A stretch of DNA of 64,000 nt, from the NCBI GenBank assembly GCA_963827165.1, contig CAWGZR010000005.1, positions 512,001-576,000 on the forward strand, read 5' to 3'. The stretch comes from Candidatus Bathyarchaeota archaeon (lineage in GTDB: Archaea > Thermoproteota > Bathyarchaeia > Bathyarchaeales > Bathycorpusculaceae). The position numbers and the translations under genes were made by a program. The notes under the pieces are model-generated. The model had not been told where the DNA came from. It worked only from the letters and a program-made list of their open reading frames with translations, and made no database searches. Positions 59,325-64,000 of the stretch are shown here, piece by piece; positions within the stretch are counted from its first letter, which is position 1; every line of letters starts with the position of its first letter.

Positions 59325-60383
59325 TTACTGTTTCGGCTGGTTTTTTGTAGCAGCCGCATCTTTTTTCTTTTTTGTCAACTTTAGTAGCAACCCCTTCGAG
59401 AAGGATCCTTCTTCCAGAGGTTTTGACTCAAGCATTCCTGCTTTTTCAGCGTTTGTGAAGAGCTCTTCGCCTTTTTCTGTTCGGATAATCGTGAATGTCC
59501 AGCCATCAAGCCCAAGTCCACCAACGGAGACATCTGCTAGTTCAGAGCTGAAGTCTTCGCATACGCTGCAGCTCATTCGAACATAAGGCTTTATATCGGC
59601 GAGAGGTATCGCTGTGGTTCCGGCAGGGGTTGTCACTAACATTTTTCCTTTTATATTCATTTTTGTTATGTCGTTAAGGTTGATGCCCAGTTTACCTTTG
59701 ATGTGGGTTTCCATGAGCTCTACGTAGTCAAAACATTCTGAGCACATGAGCCCAACGAGGTACTTGATTGGGGCGCTCATCTTTTTTACGTTGTTCATCT
59801 GCATTTTTCGGATTGCTTGAATTTGACAGGGCGTGCCTACGAAAGCGACTTGGGTTTTTTTCTGTTTTATTACTTCGGGAAGTGCAAGAAGCGCTGAAGA
59901 ACACGTGTATTTTGTTCCCGCTGACTCTACAATCTTCTCAGGGGTGGTCGCAAGAATGGGGACTGGAAGGAAAGGTTTTTCTTGGCTTTTTCCAGAAACC
60001 ACAGCACCATCGATCAACCCATTCTTTAATGCGGCGACGAGCATCGCTGTGGCTGCTCCTCCGTCTTGGCGGACCTTCTGGATATCGTTTGGTTTCGCTT
60101 GGGCGGCGACTACTCGGCGGTAAACCCCAAATTCTTCTTGGGGGTTCCTTATTTTGCCGAAGGTGAATTCTTCTGCTTTCGCCATGGCAAAGTTGTATCG
60201 GGGACAAGATTGGGCACATATGCCGCAGATCTTGCATTCCTTGACCAAACTGGGTTTTCCTTTGGCAAGTTCAAGGCTGCCGAACGGACAAGCTACAACG
60301 CATGTTCCGCAGCTCGCGCATTTTCCCGTTTCAACAACTTCGGTTAAAAGAGAGTTTCCAAAACCAACCTTTTTTGAGCTCAT
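59325..60383 (-). CDS. FrhB/FdhB/FpoF-family F420-binding subunit with N-terminal 2x[4Fe-4S]
   Basis: CASCGTCVVACP, CKICGICAQSCP, QDGG, GTKY, GTPCQ, GLMC and C..C.D....ADVSVG motifs. Confidence 0.9.
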   Translation of the reverse strand: MSSKKVGFGNSLLTEVVETGKCASCGTCVVACPFGSLELAKGKPSLVKECKICGICAQSCPRYNFAMAKAEEFTFGKIRNPQEEFGVYRRVVAAQAKPNDIQKVRQDGGAATAMLVAALKNGLIDGAVVSGKSQEKPFLPVPILATTPEKIVESAGTKYTCSSALLALPEVIKQKKTQVAFVGTPCQIQAIRKMQMNNVKKMSAPIKYLVGLMCSECFDYVELMETHIKGKLGINLNDITKMNIKGKMLVTTPAGTTAIPLADIKPYVRMSCSVCEDFSSELADVSVGGLGLDGWTFTIIRTEKGEELFTNAEKAGMLESKPLEEGSFSKGLLLKLTKKKKDAAATKNQPKQ

Positions 60384-60474
60384 GCTTCTAGCATATGAAA
60401 GTGACTCTATTTAAATTTTGATAGAAAAACCGTTGAAGGGTCTGAAAACGCGGATTTTTCAAAATTTCGCTATC

Positions 60475-62901
60475 TTATTTGTTTCTTTTGGAAGGAGTAT
60501 AGGCCAACAGATGAGTTTTCAATTGGTCATTAAGCAATAAAGCGAAAATGAAAAACCACCCTAAAGTTATGGCAACGTAAATTGGCGGAATTGGCGCTAA
60601 TCCAGGGATTCCAACGATGGAGATTAACGATGAAATGATTATGTCTGCCACTATCGCAGTTAGAAGGGGGCGGCTGGGTCTTGACTTCCAAAAGTTGCTT
60701 CTTTCGCGAACGACAAAGATGGTGAATAATCCGCTGAACAGTAGCATGTCAAAAGAGAATGTGTTGAGAACTGCCGTGTTGGATAAGTTTAGGTAGTGGA
60801 GTCCTATGTACAGCAGCCCGAGGGATTCAACTACGGTGGCAACACCTAGCACGGTGGCTCCTTTGACTAGAGGTCTGATATTCCATGTTTCGGGTTTTTC
60901 AGATGGCGTCACGTTGTCGGTTGAAAGGGATATGGTAACAAAATCGACTAGAAAAAGCAGCAGAACTACCTGGAACGCTCCAACGACAAATAGCCCGGTG
61001 AGCAGAAAAGCTACAATGACGAACAGGATAACTTGGAAGGTTTTGACGATTTTATTAAATATCCATGTTAAAATTCGCTGGTAGATCATTCTGCCAGTTT
61101 GGATCAAATCTACAACGTTAGATAACCCTTCTTGCGTCAGAACAACACTTGCTGAACCCTTCGCCACATCCGTAGCGTTGCTTACTGCGATTCCGACTTC
61201 AGCCTGCTTCAGTGCCGGAGCGTCATTTATACCGTCACCGGTCATCCCGACAACATGGTTCTCAGCCTGCAATCCCTTAACAATTCGATACTTACCCTCA
61301 GGATAGATTTCGGCGAAACCATCGGTTTGATCGACGATTTCAGCGGCGACCACGGCATTTTCCGCGTTTTTTTCAACGTCCGCCATCCGAGTTATTTTGT
61401 CTCCGAGACCTACCTCCTGAGCTATTTGCTTGGCAATCGGCTGCGAATCGCCAGTTAACATCTTTACAGCTATTCCCAGAGAACGAAGTTTTACTATCAA
61501 CTTTGCAGATTCAGGTCTAGGCTTATCATAAAGCGCCACCAATCCGACAAATTGCATTGTTGCGCCTTCTTTGCCTGCTGCGACAGCGATAACTCGGTAG
61601 CCCTTATTTGCAAAAGCCCCCGTTTTGGTCTCAATGTCATTTTGCTGCTCTTTTGTGAGTTCACAAACTTCTGATACCGCGGAGACAGCGCCCTTTGTCA
61701 CTTTAAATGTTTGACCTTGCTTCTCAACAATAGCTTCAGTCCTGCGAGTAGAGGGGTCGAAAGGCGTGAATTTTTTTTGTCTGTAATCTTCCAACATTAT
61801 TTTTCTTTGTTCGACAGAAACGAAGAACGCTAAATCAATCGGGTCTTGGTTTGCGACCTGCGATGCTAAGGCCCCGAAAATCAAGGCGTCATCTTTCGAG
61901 TAATTGCCTATTTCCGCGACGTCGGTAACTGTCAGCTTGTTTTCGGTGATGGTTCCGGTTTTGTCAACGCATAGAACATCCATTAGGGCGGCGTCTTCAG
62001 AAGCGCTAAGTCTGGTGACGAGCACGCCATTTCTTGCAAGTTCGTAGGAGCCAAGAGCCATTGTAATCGTGAACATGGTTGGCAATGCAACGGGGATCGC
62101 AGCCACAAGCAGGACCAGCGCCAAAGACAACAAATCCAAGAGGTTCAGCCCACGAGCCCAGGAGACTGCGGCGGCCACGATAAGCAGAGATACCACCGTG
62201 ACAAGCAGCCACTTCATCAGGTTCGAGATTACTCCTTCCATATGCAGTTTCGGCTTAGCCAACTGAACAAGCTGAGTTGTCTTGCCATACACTGTGTGTG
62301 TTCCAGTCGCAGTGATAACGCCCGTAGTCTCCCCCTTTTTAATAAGCGACCCAGAATATACGAGGTCACCCATCTTTTTCTCATTGGGCAGGGACTCGCC
62401 GGTTATTGCCGATTGGTCAACCGTCGCTTCACAGTCAATGATTCTAAAGTCTGCTGGCACATAATCGCCCGACCTGACTCTTATAACATCACCCGGCACA
62501 ATTTCAGCAACATCTATGGTTTGCCAGACGCCGTCGCGTAGGACCCTTGTCTGCAAATGCAATTTCTGTTTCAGCGCTTTCACCGCACGCGTCGCCTGCT
62601 GCTCCTGAATAAAGCCTAAAACTGCGTTAACAAGCAAAAGGGCAGCTATGATATAGACGTCTAAGTATTTGCCCAAAACAAACGAAAGTACAATCGCCAC
62701 TTCAAGCATCCAAGCCGCTAAACCCCAAAACTTCCTAGCAAAAGCCATCAAACGGCTTGCCTGCTTCTCCTCCACCTCGTTGCGCCCATACACCTTTTGT
62801 TTTTCTTGGGCTTCAGAAGAGTTCAGACCTTTCGAATCATTAGAGTCGAAGGTGACTTCCGTTTGACTTCCTGAACCCTGATCAGTTGGCGTTTTGGACA
62901 A
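60475..62901 (-). CDS. P-type IIIA plasma-membrane H+-ATPase-like pump
   Basis: DQSAITGESLP, AIPVALP, DKTGT, QDPID, PFDP, KGA and GMTGDGINDAPALK motifs. Confidence 0.9.
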   Translation of the reverse strand: MSKTPTDQGSGSQTEVTFDSNDSKGLNSSEAQEKQKVYGRNEVEEKQASRLMAFARKFWGLAAWMLEVAIVLSFVLGKYLDVYIIAALLLVNAVLGFIQEQQATRAVKALKQKLHLQTRVLRDGVWQTIDVAEIVPGDVIRVRSGDYVPADFRIIDCEATVDQSAITGESLPNEKKMGDLVYSGSLIKKGETTGVITATGTHTVYGKTTQLVQLAKPKLHMEGVISNLMKWLLVTVVSLLIVAAAVSWARGLNLLDLLSLALVLLVAAIPVALPTMFTITMALGSYELARNGVLVTRLSASEDAALMDVLCVDKTGTITENKLTVTDVAEIGNYSKDDALIFGALASQVANQDPIDLAFFVSVEQRKIMLEDYRQKKFTPFDPSTRRTEAIVEKQGQTFKVTKGAVSAVSEVCELTKEQQNDIETKTGAFANKGYRVIAVAAGKEGATMQFVGLVALYDKPRPESAKLIVKLRSLGIAVKMLTGDSQPIAKQIAQEVGLGDKITRMADVEKNAENAVVAAEIVDQTDGFAEIYPEGKYRIVKGLQAENHVVGMTGDGINDAPALKQAEVGIAVSNATDVAKGSASVVLTQEGLSNVVDLIQTGRMIYQRILTWIFNKIVKTFQVILFVIVAFLLTGLFVVGAFQVVLLLFLVDFVTISLSTDNVTPSEKPETWNIRPLVKGATVLGVATVVESLGLLYIGLHYLNLSNTAVLNTFSFDMLLFSGLFTIFVVRERSNFWKSRPSRPLLTAIVADIIISSLISIVGIPGLAPIPPIYVAITLGWFFIFALLLNDQLKTHLLAYTPSKRNK

Positions 62902-63133
62902 ATATCATGACCTTTAAAATTCGTTTGTCTTATAATAATATCGAAATATAAAACATGCATGGCTAAGGTTTATTATTTACTAAACGGCAATTCGGGTTCT
63001 TTTCTGCACCACATCAGACTCTCTCAGCATCAACCAGGTTTGAATATATGATTAGCCCCATAATTCTTAAATGGACACTTTTCAGATTGGTTGAGGTAAG
63101 ACAAGGAGCGACTGCAACTTTCGGAGAGCAAGT

Positions 63134-63730
63134 ATGGCTGAAAATAATCAGTATGATACTGAGCACTTCAACCGTCGATCGTCGACTTATGAGAGTTCAT
63201 TAGACCAACTGCTTTGGTTCGACCGATTACAGAGACGCGTTCTAAAAATGGTGGAGAAAGGATTTACCCCTACAGTTGTCTTAGATGTGGGTTGTGGGAC
63301 TGGGCGCTTGCTCCGCAAAGCAAAGGCGCGTTGGCCCAAAACACAGTTTATAGGTGTTGATCCGGCAGAAGGTATGATAGAGCCTGCCCGCAGGTTAATG
63401 CCAGATGCCAAATTTTACGTTGGTCATGCTGAATCGCTTCCTTTGGCCGACGCATCGGTAGATCTTGTTTTTAGTACGGTTTCCTTCAATTTCTGGCAGG
63501 ATCAAGAAAAAGGTTTGAGTGAGATAATGCGTGTCTTGCAAGTAGGCGGTCGGTTGTTCCTCGTTGATGTTTGGCCGCCCTTTGGATTGTCCCGTTTCAT
63601 CCGTCGCTTTGAAGTTAACAATCCAGATGTAATGCGGGAAACTTTTAGTCGTATGCGATTTCAGGTTTGCGATCAAAGAATTTGGTGGAATATTTGGCTT
63701 GTCGTTACGGTCGGAAACCGTCGCTCATGA
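63134..63730 (+). CDS. Class I SAM-dependent methyltransferase
   Basis: VLDVGCGTG, GVD...M, AESLP..D.S.D and RVL..GG motifs. Confidence 0.88.
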   Translation: MAENNQYDTEHFNRRSSTYESSLDQLLWFDRLQRRVLKMVEKGFTPTVVLDVGCGTGRLLRKAKARWPKTQFIGVDPAEGMIEPARRLMPDAKFYVGHAESLPLADASVDLVFSTVSFNFWQDQEKGLSEIMRVLQVGGRLFLVDVWPPFGLSRFIRRFEVNNPDVMRETFSRMRFQVCDQRIWWNIWLVVTVGNRRS

Positions 63731-63818
63731 TATTTGGAAAAAAGCACAGGAAAAATTTGCTTTTGTTTATTCTTCTTGGATGCGAAAAGATAAGCAGATT
63801 TTAGATCCCGCGTGGGTT

Positions 63819-64000
63819 CTAGGATGGAACCGTTAGCTTGCAAATTAGCTCATAATGGTACGGTCCTGCATCAGCCTGCTTTATAACCGTGAAGCCGTTT
63901 TTTGAAAGAACTTGTTTAGCCTCGTCTTCGGATAGGCGGCTTTCTATTGGTGGTCCATGTTCTGTTTTGACCTTTTTCCAGTCTACATCAATAATATGCG
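63819..64000 (-). CDS. C-terminal part of a class I SAM-dependent methyltransferase
   Basis: Manual translation gives HIIDVDWKKVKTEHGPPIESRLSEDEAKQVLSKNGF...GPYHYELICKLTVPS*. Confidence 0.65.
   Translation of the reverse strand, partial: HIIDVDWKKVKTEHGPPIESRLSEDEAKQVLSKNGFTVIKQADAGPYHYELICKLTVPS

Noticed and set aside
1-64000. Many short antisense or overlapping ORFs in the track
   Set aside because: They are shadows of well-supported genes and have no motifs of their own.
1-64000. CRISPR arrays, transposases, integrases, rRNA genes, and inteins in MCM or RFC
   Set aside because: None were seen, and the MCM and RFC lengths are normal.

Overview
This is a gene-dense archaeal chromosomal segment. 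Its gene content and order (Gins23 plus Gins15, Csl4, Rpo11/Rpo12, Nop10, F420 genes, archaeosortase, many TTG/GTG starts) point to a TACK archaeon, most likely Bathyarchaeia (inference). Most of it is core informational machinery: rpl10e, dph2, csl4, rpoL, tfs, PCNA, PriL/PriS, GINS, MCM, RFC, tRNA modification enzymes, argS and one tRNA-Leu(GAG). The rest covers sugar-nucleotide metabolism, guaA, gdhA, ppsA, an F420 cluster and transporters. I saw no CRISPR array, rRNA gene, transposase or integrase. Main oddities: (1) the aIF2-alpha slot in the rpl44e-rps27e-nop10 operon holds only a 52-codon internally deleted remnant; (2) two genes have conserved N-termini with no in-frame ATG/GTG/TTG start; (3) three genes carry apparent +1 frameshifts, possibly assembly errors; (4) a split RLAN/RimK pair lies divergent from a GCS2 ligase; (5) a divergent MTHFR-like flavoprotein sits inside the F420 cluster; (6) translin/Trax, EndoV and a tRNA-binding protein form one operon; (7) a full-length nucleotide-sugar dehydrogenase lacks its catalytic residues; (8) a long bactofilin-like protein lies in an ABC exporter operon; (9) there are two deoxyhypusine synthase paralogs. 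All calls come from motif recognition by eye; no database searches were run.
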